Shown in pieces: positions 1 through 7,606 of a stretch of 22,471 bases of DNA. Under the pieces are notes generated by a model. The model ran no database searches, was not told where the DNA came from, and worked only from the letters and a program-made list of their open reading frames with translations. This stretch comes from Candidatus Xenobia bacterium (GTDB lineage: Bacteria; Vulcanimicrobiota; Xenobia; Xenobiales; QWHO01), in NCBI GenBank assembly GCA_045863235.1, contig BTUM01000110.1, forward strand, positions 1 through 22,471, in the 5' to 3' direction. Positions within the stretch are counted from its first letter, which is position 1. Every line of letters begins with the position of its first letter. Both the position numbers and the translations under genes were made by a program.

Positions 1-178
1 TTTTAAACCGGATTGACCCCGGATCCATGTCCAGTTCTTGACCGGAATTTTCACCAATAGTCAATAAGCCACTCGGAGCCATTTTGATCAAAGTTGGCAG
101 CACCGTAATCATATCCGGAGCGGTGTATCAGGCGGTAGAGACCTTCGAATACTTCCAGAATCGCTGAAGGAGACTGGT

Positions 179-457
179 TTGCAGAGGTTTACCATAGAGC
201 AACTACGATGGCTGTCTCGAAACATCTTTGAGGCGCTTATCTTTTCGGTACTAGCCATGGGTTCAGTTGCTTTTCTGTATCTGAAGTTTGGTTTATTTGG
301 CGAATACGTTTTGTTCTCGGTTCTCACCATAGTCTTTGTCGCTTATCAAATGTTCCTTGTCAGGAGAGAAATGAAAGTCCGAATTCCCCCTGACTCATCT
401 TCGACACGCACTGTCGAAGATGAGCCCGAGATCGATTGTCCGACTCGCGAGTCATAA
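179..457 (+). CDS. Small hypothetical membrane protein (2 TM helices)
   Basis: TTG start preceded by AAGGAG; hydrophobic segments IFEALIFSVLAMGSVAFLYL and YVLFSVLTIVFVAYQMFLV; lower GC than the core genes. Confidence 0.6.
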   Translation: MQRFTIEQLRWLSRNIFEALIFSVLAMGSVAFLYLKFGLFGEYVLFSVLTIVFVAYQMFLVRREMKVRIPPDSSSTRTVEDEPEIDCPTRES

Positions 458-511
458 ATGGCCTCATGCGCGACTACCATTTAGATAGCCAGCCGCAGTC
501 GGCCTCTACGA

Positions 512-536
512 GTTAGGGCCACACCAGATGGCGCGC
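512..536. repeat. 25-bp repeat, copy A (GTTAGGGCCACACCAGATGGCGCGC)
   Basis: 23/25 identical to 840-864. Confidence 0.75.
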
Positions 537-839
537 CGACTCGGCCCATCGGACATCGGAAACATAGCTGCGGTTCTAGCTTCTAGCTTCATGAGGAAGC
601 CCGGAAGGCCCAGCTTCATGCTTCTTGCACGCCGCCCACGCTCAAGTTTGAAGGGATCAGTACAGGGGCGTGCAAAACCATCCTCAACAGGTGGGCGCGC
701 CTTCGGCCTTCGATGCACGGAACCATGCAGCTCTGTCTGAAGCCGTGAAGACGACGGGGCGGGGAGCTTGCGACCCGACCCGTCATCTTCACGGCGCTTG
801 CTCACCTTCCCACGCGGCACAAGGGCCCGCAAGGCAAAG

Positions 840-888
840 GTGAGGGCCACACCAGGTGGCGCGCGCCGCGCTCGGAAGGGGTCGCCCA
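840..888. repeat. Repeat element copy B: 840-864 matches 512-536, and 867-888 (CGCGCTCGGAAGGGGTCGCCCA) matches 4023-4044 exactly
   Basis: Direct sequence comparison; contains hairpin GCCAC-ACCAG-GTGGC. Confidence 0.85.
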
Positions 889-904
889 GCCCAGCCCAGC
901 CCAG
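885..904. repeat. (CCCAG)4 tandem repeat
   Basis: CCCAGCCCAGCCCAGCCCAG starting in the last bases of the 22-bp repeat. Confidence 0.8.
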
Positions 905-996
905 CTCGCGCAAGACCATGCGTGAATCGTGGAATCTTGGAATCTGCTCATCTGCAGGCACGATTGCTGAACTACCTGAGATAACCGGAGGAAGGT

Positions 997-1430
997 ATGG
1001 AACGAGACGAACTCATCTTGCGAATAAATGGTGTAGAGAAAAGCCAGCGTCTCTGTAAGGCGATGGTGCTAGTCCTAATAATTGTTCTATCGCTAATCTT
1101 GCTGCAAGGAGCAGGTCCAAAGCACACCCAGTTAAAGGCCCACTCACTGAACATAATAAACGAAGAAGGCGATGTCGTTGCTACTATTGGAACGGACAAA
1201 GAGGGGGGGGTGTTCTCGCGCTCATGGAAGGCAAACAACCGGCCAATAAGGTTTCCTTATCATCTCGCGGCCTAGTTCTTTTGTCCCGAGGTGAGATGCA
1301 GTCAGCGCTGCTGAGAAATGAGTCCACCGCGTACTTCGTCATAAAGAACAAGCAAGGAACCTCCGTCGCCGAGATTCTGGAGAGTCAGGGTCCAAACCCT
1401 CGAGGATCAATCATCTTGAGAAATGCCAGG
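997..1430 (+). pseudogene. Membrane-anchored hypothetical protein, frameshifted at a G8 tract (1203-1210) and apparently 3'-truncated near 1430
   Basis: GGAGG RBS and ATG at 997; TM segment MVLVLIIVLSLILL. G9 or G6 would join it to the frame reading GVLALMEGKQPANKVSLSSRGLVLL (ORF 1224). Composition switches to high GC near 1430. Confidence 0.6.
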
Positions 1431-1570
1431 GGCTGGGCCTCCCTCAACTCTACCACCTGGAGCCCCACCCCGAGGCCCTTTACCGCGAAGGCCTGCGCGA
1501 TTGGCCCTTCGAGCTGGCCCGGGCTCCCGCCAGCGAGCTGGCTCAAGCCTTTGGAGGACAGGCCCGACGG

Positions 1571-2353
1571 TTGATCGCCAACCAGATCTGGCAGACCTAT
1601 CGCTACCGCGCCACGGGCCTCGAGCCCGACTACGGCACCGACCACCGAGGGTTTTGGTACATTCCGCTGGTGGCCACCCTGGCCCGGGCCGGACTGCTCT
1701 CGCAGCTGGACCTCGAGTGGGAGCCCCCGGAGCTGGCCGAGCCCGGATTGGAGGGTGCGGCAGGCCTCTATCTTCTCTACCAGACCTTGCTGGGCGAGCT
1801 GATCGGAGACGAAGCGCTGTTCACCTTTCGCGAGCTGGGCTTTCGCGACCCTCGCCCGGACCTGCGCAGCATCGGCCGGCGCCGCCCCGAGGTGGTCCTG
1901 GTGGCCGAGAAGACCAGCCTGATCCCCTTCGTGCAGAGGATTTCCGAGGAACTGGGGATCAGCACCCTCATCCTGGGCGGGTTGCCGGCGCTGGTGTCCA
2001 CCGAATTCTTTGCCTCCGCCCTGCCGACCGGGCTGGGCCGCCTGCGCGTGATCGCCTACGTCGACTTCGACCCGGGCGGTTGGATCGCGGCCGAGAGCTT
2101 CGCCGGCCAGCTACGACGCTTCGGGCTCGAATGCACCGAGCCGGAGTTTGTGGTGCGCCCCGAGCGCTTCACCCGCGAAGAGATCGAGCTCTACTCCATC
2201 CCCATCCCGACCCCCACTCCCCAGATCGAAGGCAAGGTTCGGGCCTGGCTGGCCAGAAGTGGAGGGATCGAGGGGGAGGCGCGGGTTCTTCATGCCGACC
2301 GCTTGCGTCCGGTGGAGCGGGTTCTGGAGGCAGTGCGGGAGATTCTCGCCTGA
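1571..2353 (+). CDS. TOPRIM-domain protein, Topo VI subunit A/Spo11/JetD-like; probably 5'-truncated (frame open and coding-like from about 1430)
   Basis: Motifs VVLVAEK and IAYVDFDPGG match the conserved Glu and DxDPxG of Topo VI-A-type TOPRIM; strong GC3 codon bias. Confidence 0.75.
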   Translation: MIANQIWQTYRYRATGLEPDYGTDHRGFWYIPLVATLARAGLLSQLDLEWEPPELAEPGLEGAAGLYLLYQTLLGELIGDEALFTFRELGFRDPRPDLRSIGRRRPEVVLVAEKTSLIPFVQRISEELGISTLILGGLPALVSTEFFASALPTGLGRLRVIAYVDFDPGGWIAAESFAGQLRRFGLECTEPEFVVRPERFTREEIELYSIPIPTPTPQIEGKVRAWLARSGGIEGEARVLHADRLRPVERVLEAVREILA

Positions 2354-2583
2354 TGTTCCCGCCGGCCTCTCCCGAGCGGGCGCGTCCCGGCCTGGTGGAG
2401 GACCCCGGGCAACCGGCTCTGCTCCTGTGTCGGGGAGGCCGGCGGCTCGGGATGGTATCGGCCCAGGTCTGCCTGTGGCAGCTCGGGCGCCGGGCTGGGC
2501 CTGGCGGTGACGCTGCGGCCCCCGCCGGCCGCTGCAGACGGCTCGCGCACGGGCGAACGCGTTCGCGCGAGGGCGGCTCCCGC

Positions 2584-2614
2584 TTGACGAGTTGCCCCGG
2601 GGGGCCGATAAGCT
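2584..2614 (+). promoter_or_regulatory. Possible sigma70-type promoter for the TA cluster (TTGACG-N19-TAAGCT)
   Basis: TTGACG at 2584-2589 and TAAGCT at 2609-2614, just upstream of ATG 2624; spacing is long. Confidence 0.3.
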
Positions 2615-2623
2615 GAGACAGCC

Positions 2624-2839
2624 ATGCCGGAGATCGCACCTCGCATCGTTGTGGACGAGAAAGTTCGCTTTGGAAAGCCCGTGATTCAGGGAACCCGGGT
2701 TCCCGTGGATGTCTTGATCGGGCAGCTCTCGACCGGGCTCAGCGTGGACGAGGTGGCTGAAGAGTATGGCGTGACGCGAGAAGACGTGCTGGCTGCCCTG
2801 GCCTACGCTGCTCGCTGCTTGGCCGAGGATGAGACGTGA
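2624..2839 (+). CDS. DUF433 domain protein (putative antitoxin)
   Basis: RIVVDEKVRFGKPVIQGTRVPV...GLSVDEVAEEYGVTREDVLAALAYAA is a typical DUF433 signature. Confidence 0.92.
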   Translation: MPEIAPRIVVDEKVRFGKPVIQGTRVPVDVLIGQLSTGLSVDEVAEEYGVTREDVLAALAYAARCLAEDET

Positions 2840-2985
2840 GCCAGGCCGTCGTGCAGGCGGTCCTGAAGCTGCTCGATCGCGTGGAGGCCATCGAGGCGAT
2901 CCGCGAGGTGGCAGACGTGGACGAGGACCGCACCCGCCCAGCCCGCCAAGCCAGTGTCGCTCCGGGCTCCTACATTGGATGCTAA
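2836..2985 (+). pseudogene. 49-aa ORF resembling the C-terminal half of a Phd/YefM-type antitoxin
   Basis: GTGA overlap with the DUF433 gene; KLLDRVEAIEAIREVADVDEDRTRPAR resembles the Phd-family tail ...KLLDRLEAIEGIRRGLADVxAGRTRPA. Confidence 0.45.
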
Positions 2986-3006
2986 TCGATGACCGGAGGT
3001 GACAGA

Positions 3007-3318
3007 ATGGCTGTGCGAGGCTACAATGGAGCCGTGGAATATCCCTACATCGTGAAGACTCCCGGCACGTGCGGCGGCGCTCCTCGACTCGACGGGCACC
3101 GCATCCGCGTGTCCCACATCGCGGCCTGCTCTGAGAAGGCGGGCTGGTCTCCCGAGGAGATCGCCCAGAACTTCAGTCTCACGCTGGCCGAGGTTCACGC
3201 AGCGCTGACCTACTACTTCGATCATCTCGAGGAGATCCGGGCCGAGTGGCGGGAAGCCGCGCGGCGCGGCGAGGAGATCAAGAAGCTCTTCCCCCCGCGG
3301 CTGCCCCAGATTGCCTGA
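3007..3318 (+). CDS. DUF433 domain antitoxin (VapB45-like)
   Basis: GGAGGT RBS at 2995-3000 before ATG 3007; IVKTPGTCGGAPRLDGHRIRV...GWSPEEIAQNFSLTLAEVHAALTYYFDH. Confidence 0.9.
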   Translation: MAVRGYNGAVEYPYIVKTPGTCGGAPRLDGHRIRVSHIAACSEKAGWSPEEIAQNFSLTLAEVHAALTYYFDHLEEIRAEWREAARRGEEIKKLFPPRLPQIA

Positions 3319-3643
3319 CAAGATCCGCTTCTATTTCGACGAGAGCTTCATGGGACCGGTGGCAAAGGGGCTCCGCCTTCGCGGGATTGATGTCGTCACC
3401 GTGGAGGACCTGGGACTCAAGGGGGCCGTCGATGAAGAGAACTTGACCCGTGCCGCAGCCGATGAGCGGGTGCTCGCGACCATGGATGATGACTTCCTGG
3501 TTCTGCACAACCACACCGAGCATTGGGGCATCGTCTACGCTCCGATGGGCGAGCGCAGCATTGGCTATCTCGTGCGCACGCTGCAGCGTATCCACGACGA
3601 GATGGTGCCAGAAGAGCTCCGCAACCGCGTTGAGTACATCTGA
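3311..3643 (+). CDS. DUF5615 family PIN-like toxin (VapC45-like)
   Basis: RFYFDE..., LRLRGIDVVTV, D-x-E...AAADERVLATMDDDF, HWGIV; overlaps the DUF433 gene by 8 nt. Confidence 0.9.
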   Translation: MPDKIRFYFDESFMGPVAKGLRLRGIDVVTVEDLGLKGAVDEENLTRAAADERVLATMDDDFLVLHNHTEHWGIVYAPMGERSIGYLVRTLQRIHDEMVPEELRNRVEYI

Positions 3644-3734
3644 CCCAGGTCCAACCCCCCCCCGCCCTCGAATTCAAATCCTAATGACAGCGCTCCCAAA
3701 AGTGCATCTTGCGTGCGCGGCACCATGGCCTCCC

Positions 3735-3925
3735 AACTACACCTGGGCCCCCGACGAGCCTCGCCTGACCCGGGTGTAGGGACCCGGCGGCATCGACGTG
3801 AGCTACTCGTACGACTCGGCGGGCTGCATGCTGACGCGCGTTCGGGCGGCGTGACCACTACCTTCGTGGGCAGAATCTGGGTCGTTTGATCCAACGACCC
3901 TATCAAAGCGTGGATGCAACTGGAT
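3735..3925 (+). pseudogene. Degraded Rhs/YD-repeat fragment
   Basis: Reading through the TAG at 3777 gives NYTWAPDEPRLTRV*GPGGIDVSYSYDSAGCMLTRV. After frameshifts come GGVTTTFV and LGRLIQRP..SVDATG, resembling YD repeats and the Rhs core end (LGRFxxxDP...DPxG). Confidence 0.6.
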
Positions 3926-4022
3926 TTGTGCATCACGGATTCGATGAAGAAGCTTGTGGACGGCGAGGCTTGAGTGGTTGGGTGCCGATGGCGTGCGCCG
4001 GAAACAGGCAGAATCAGGCCGG

Positions 4023-4044
4023 CGCGCTCGGAAGGGGTCGCCCA
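4023..4044. repeat. 22-bp direct repeat, exact copy of 867-888
   Basis: CGCGCTCGGAAGGGGTCGCCCA at both sites. Confidence 0.9.
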
Positions 4045-4242
4045 ACTCGGACGAGTCTCGGGGGAGTGGCGATGACGCCGACTCGGGGCCCTCAGCCGTA
4101 TAGTGCCCGCTACCGCCCCATTAGCCCCGACCTGCCCGGTTGGCGCAAAACTTTCCGCGTAGATCCGCTGCGACCGGCCCTCCCGAGGAACTCGGAGCGG
4201 ACGGGTAGGAGGTCTGCCCCTCGGGAGACGAATCTCCCCTCG

Positions 4243-4539
4243 ATGGGCAAGCTGTATCGTCATGGCGATGTGCTGATCCAGGAGGTGGAGCGCCTTCCGG
4301 GCGGGCTCGAGAAGCTCTCCCACCGCATTCTGGCCCACGGCGAGGTGACCGGTCACTGCCACCAGGCCCGCGGAGAGGCCGAGCTCTACCGGGGCGAAGG
4401 GGAGCTTTATCTGCGGGCGGTGGGGCTGGTGGAGGTCGTCCACGAGGAGCACCGGACCATCGAGCTGTCCCCCGGTTTCTACCGGGTCTGGCGGCAACGC
4501 GAGTACACGCCGCGCGAGGTTCGCATCGTCCGTGACTGA
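4243..4539 (+). CDS. Conserved 98-aa His-rich hypothetical protein of the type usually paired with DUF6745
   Basis: Motifs YRHGDVLI, LAHGEVTGHCH, VHEEHRTIELSPGFYRVWRQREYTP...VRD; the ATG at 4243 marks the onset of GC3-biased coding. Confidence 0.85.
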   Translation: MGKLYRHGDVLIQEVERLPGGLEKLSHRILAHGEVTGHCHQARGEAELYRGEGELYLRAVGLVEVVHEEHRTIELSPGFYRVWRQREYTPREVRIVRD

Positions 4540-5413
4540 GGCGACCCGCTTGGCTGGCCGGGTCAGCTTCGGGGGGGACACGCTGAGCGCCGGCCTCCAC
4601 TGCTACGAGCTGGACGCGCGCGGCGCCAGGCTCACCCACCTGCCGGACGACCTGCGGGTGGACGGACGACTGGTGCTGGACGAATGCCGCCAGCTGACCC
4701 ACCTGCCCGAAGGCTTGACGGTGGGGTCGCTGAGCCTGCGCAACTGCACCTCCTTGACCGCGCTGCCCGAGGGGTTGAGCACCTGGTTTTTGGACCTGAC
4801 CGGCTGCACGGCCTTCCAGCACTGGCCCCGCCGGGCCACCATCGAGCGGGGGGCGCTCATCCTGCGCGACTGCACCGCCCTCACCGCTCTGCCGGACTGG
4901 CTGGGGAGGCTGAGCACGCTGGACCTGGCCGGCTGCGCCGGCATCCGATCCATCCCTGACGGAGTCGAGGTGACGCTCTGGCTGGACATCGGGGGAACCT
5001 CCCTGAGCGCTCTTCCGCCCAGCCTCAAGGGCGCTCCGTTGCGCTGGCGAGGGGTGCGGGTGGACGAGCGGATCGCCCTGCGCCCCCACGAGCTGACGGC
5101 CCGCGAGGCGCTGCAGGAGCCCAACGCGGAGCGGCGCCGGGTGATGATCGAGCGCATGGGGACGCTGCGCTTCGTGCGCGAGGCCGACCCGGCGGTGCTC
5201 GATGAAGACCGGGACCCGGGCGGAGAGCGGCGCCTGCTGCGCATCGAGCTTCAGGAGGACGAGCCGCTGGTGGGCCTGCTCTGCCAGTGCCCCTCCACCG
5301 GGCGGCAGTATCTCATCCGGGTTCCCCCCCTGATGAAGTCGTGCCACCAGGCGGCCGCCTGGATCGCCGGCTTTGACGAGCCTTCCCTCTATCAACCGTG
5401 TCTGGAGACGTAA
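4532..5413 (+). CDS. Leucine-rich-repeat protein with C-terminal DUF6745-like domain
   Basis: About six ~21-aa repeats LTxLPxGLxVxxLxLxxCxxL, followed by WRGVRV...EPNAERRRVMIERMG...CPSTGRQYLIRVPP...AAAWIAG. Confidence 0.82.
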   Translation: MTEATRLAGRVSFGGDTLSAGLHCYELDARGARLTHLPDDLRVDGRLVLDECRQLTHLPEGLTVGSLSLRNCTSLTALPEGLSTWFLDLTGCTAFQHWPRRATIERGALILRDCTALTALPDWLGRLSTLDLAGCAGIRSIPDGVEVTLWLDIGGTSLSALPPSLKGAPLRWRGVRVDERIALRPHELTAREALQEPNAERRRVMIERMGTLRFVREADPAVLDEDRDPGGERRLLRIELQEDEPLVGLLCQCPSTGRQYLIRVPPLMKSCHQAAAWIAGFDEPSLYQPCLET

Positions 5414-5415
5414 GC

Positions 5416-6588
5416 ATGCGACGAGAGCTCATCTACATGGACGCCAAATCGAGCAAGTTCTGGACCATCGAGCTGCAGGGCTCAGGCCACACGGTGACCT
5501 ACGGGCGCATCGGCTCGGCCGGCCAGACGAGCAGCAAGTCGTTTGCCAGTGAGGAAGCGGCCCGCAAGGACTTCGACAAGCTGGTCAAAGAGAAGCTGTC
5601 CAAGGGGTACGTCGAGAAGGCCGGTCAGGAGACGAGCGGGGACGAGCTCCCCCTGGTGGCCTTCACCTCCATCAACCACCGCGACGAGATCTCGAGCAAC
5701 CTGGGCACGTTCATCGGGATGCGGGTGGTGGACTACGACCCCGACAAGCCGACCCGAAGCGACGTGGTCTATCGCCTGCGCGCCACCTGGGAGAAGGAGG
5801 AGCTCCCCCTGGAGAGCTTTCTGGCCTCGGAGGCGGCGGCTCAGGCCCGAGGGCTGGTGATCGGAGCCTGGCAGGTGGACGATTCCAGCGTGGACTCCTC
5901 GTCGGTGGTGAGCACCCTGGCGCGGGCGGCCGGGCGGCTGGGGAAGCTGGTGGCCCTCTACCTGGGCGACATCGTCAGCGAGGAGTGCGAAATCTCCTGG
6001 ATCAACCAGTGCGATCTGACTCCCCTGCTGCAGGCCTTCCCGAGCCTGCAACTGCTGCGCGTGCGGGGAGGCGAGGGTTTGGCCCTGAGCGCGCCTCGCC
6101 ACGCGTGCCTGCGAGGGCTGGCGCTGGAGGCGGGGGGGCTGGACGTGGGCGTGATCCGCTCGGTTTGCCAGGCCGACTTTCCCGAGCTTGAGTACCTCGA
6201 GCTGTGGCTGGGCACCTCCGACTACGGCGCTACCGCCACCGTGGCTGACCTGCAGCCGCTCCTGTCGGGTCGGCTCTTCCCGAAGCTGAAGTACCTGGGA
6301 CTTCGCAACAGCGAGCTCGCCGACGAGCTGGCCGGGGTGCTGGTCAACAGCCCGGTGGTGGAGCGTATCGAGACGCTGGATCTCTCGCTGGGAGTGCTCA
6401 CCGATGAAGGCGGGCAGTCGCTGCTCAAGCTCTCCAGCCCCACCCTCAAGAAGCTCAACCTGCACTACAACTACTTCAGCCCCGAGCTGAGCCGACAGCT
6501 CAAGGCCCTGCCGTTCGCGGTGGACGTCTCCCGACCGGCCGACATGGAGGAAGAAGAGGAGTGGCGCTTTGTCGCCGTGGGGGAATAA
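5416..6588 (+). CDS. WGR domain fused to STM4015-family LRR protein
   Basis: N-terminal SSKFWTI...VTYGRIGSAGQ...KLVKEKLSKGY (WGR); GLVIGAW, LYLGDIVSEECEISWINQ, LEYLELWLGTSDYG, LDLSLGVLTDEG; ends RFVAVGE. Confidence 0.85.
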   Translation: MRRELIYMDAKSSKFWTIELQGSGHTVTYGRIGSAGQTSSKSFASEEAARKDFDKLVKEKLSKGYVEKAGQETSGDELPLVAFTSINHRDEISSNLGTFIGMRVVDYDPDKPTRSDVVYRLRATWEKEELPLESFLASEAAAQARGLVIGAWQVDDSSVDSSSVVSTLARAAGRLGKLVALYLGDIVSEECEISWINQCDLTPLLQAFPSLQLLRVRGGEGLALSAPRHACLRGLALEAGGLDVGVIRSVCQADFPELEYLELWLGTSDYGATATVADLQPLLSGRLFPKLKYLGLRNSELADELAGVLVNSPVVERIETLDLSLGVLTDEGGQSLLKLSSPTLKKLNLHYNYFSPELSRQLKALPFAVDVSRPADMEEEEEWRFVAVGE

Positions 6589-7606
6589 GCCCGCTCTGGG
6601 GCTGCTCGGCAACCCCGACAACCGGCGCATCCGCGACTTTCAAGACACGGCCGAGCGGCTGGGCTGGCCCCGCCCACCCTGCCTGGCCTACCGCGACCTC
6701 TTGCGCGACCCGGGGTTGCTCGCAGCCTGGCAGGTGGAGGCGGTGCGCATCGACTCGCCGGGCGAGAACGAGGATGTGGCCCGGGGGCTGATCGCTCTGG
6801 GGGGCGGCCCCGCCCAGGCCGACCTCGAGCACGGCCAGATCGGCTATCTGCGCGAGTATCACCGCGGCTTTTGCCGGGTGCTCGAGTGGGTGGCAACAAG
6901 CGGCCTGCGCTGCTGGAACGAGCCGGGCGAGATCGCGGCGATGTTCGACAAGGAGGCGTGCCACCGGCGCTTCGTGGCGGCCGGGCTGCCCCGTCCGCGG
7001 GTAGGGCGCGACCTGCTCGAGCGCGCCGCGGGACGAGTGTTTCTCAAGCCGCTGCACGGCTCCTCGGCTTCGGGAGTGTGCGCGCTGCGCTGGCGTCCGG
7101 GGCGGCGCGAGCTCATCGCTCCCCTGCGAATCGTCCAGGGACGGCTCTTCAACAGCCTGAAGGTGAGCCGCACCACCGATCCCGGCGAGATCGAGCGCAT
7201 CCTGGGCGAGCTCGAGCCGCAGGGCATGATCTGCGAGGAGTGGATCCCCAAGCTCACCCTGGCAGGGGGCGCGGTCGACCTCCGGGTGCTGGTGATCGCC
7301 GGGGAGGCGCGCCACCGGGTGGTGCGCCAGAGCCGCCACCCGATGACCAACCTGCACCTGGGCAACCGGCGCGGGGAGGAGTCGGCCCTGCTCGCGGCCA
7401 TCGGCCCGGAGCGCCTGGAAGCGGCCCTGCGGCTGGCCGAGCAGGCGGCGGCCTGTTTTCCGGGCTCGCTGGCGGCCGGGGTGGACATCCTGCTGGATAC
7501 CTCCCACCGGGCCGTGGTGGGCGAGATCAATGCCTTCGGAGACCTTCTGCCCGGCCTGCGCCACCGGGGCGAGACCGCATATGAGGCCCTGTGCCGTGCC
7601 TTCTAG
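6569..7606 (+). CDS. STM4014-family ATP-grasp ligase
   Basis: GNPDNRR, VRIDSPGE, MFDK, FLKPLHGSSASGV, EEWIPK, DLRVLV, MTNLHLG, GVDILL, EINAFGDLLP are RimK-like ATP-grasp motifs. Confidence 0.85.
   Translation: MSPWGNKPALGLLGNPDNRRIRDFQDTAERLGWPRPPCLAYRDLLRDPGLLAAWQVEAVRIDSPGENEDVARGLIALGGGPAQADLEHGQIGYLREYHRGFCRVLEWVATSGLRCWNEPGEIAAMFDKEACHRRFVAAGLPRPRVGRDLLERAAGRVFLKPLHGSSASGVCALRWRPGRRELIAPLRIVQGRLFNSLKVSRTTDPGEIERILGELEPQGMICEEWIPKLTLAGGAVDLRVLVIAGEARHRVVRQSRHPMTNLHLGNRRGEESALLAAIGPERLEAALRLAEQAAACFPGSLAAGVDILLDTSHRAVVGEINAFGDLLPGLRHRGETAYEALCRAF

Noticed and set aside
506..961. ORFs at 506-961, 528-740 and 768-1058
   Set aside because: No motifs or clear RBS, and they span repeat elements.
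1571..2353. Complete Wadjet or Topo VI system
   Set aside because: No SMC, kleisin, KITE or GHKL subunit genes in the window.
3777..3779. Programmed TAG readthrough
   Set aside because: The surrounding frame also has frameshifts and deletions, so decay is the simpler explanation.
512..4094. CRISPR array or integron attC sites
   Set aside because: Repeats are few and irregularly spaced. The GTTAGGGC box lies at the left end rather than in RYYYAAC...GTTRRRY order, and there is no cas or intI gene.
3886..4242. N-terminal extension of the 217-aa ORF
   Set aside because: It covers the Rhs remnant and repeat DNA; family motifs begin at Met 4243.
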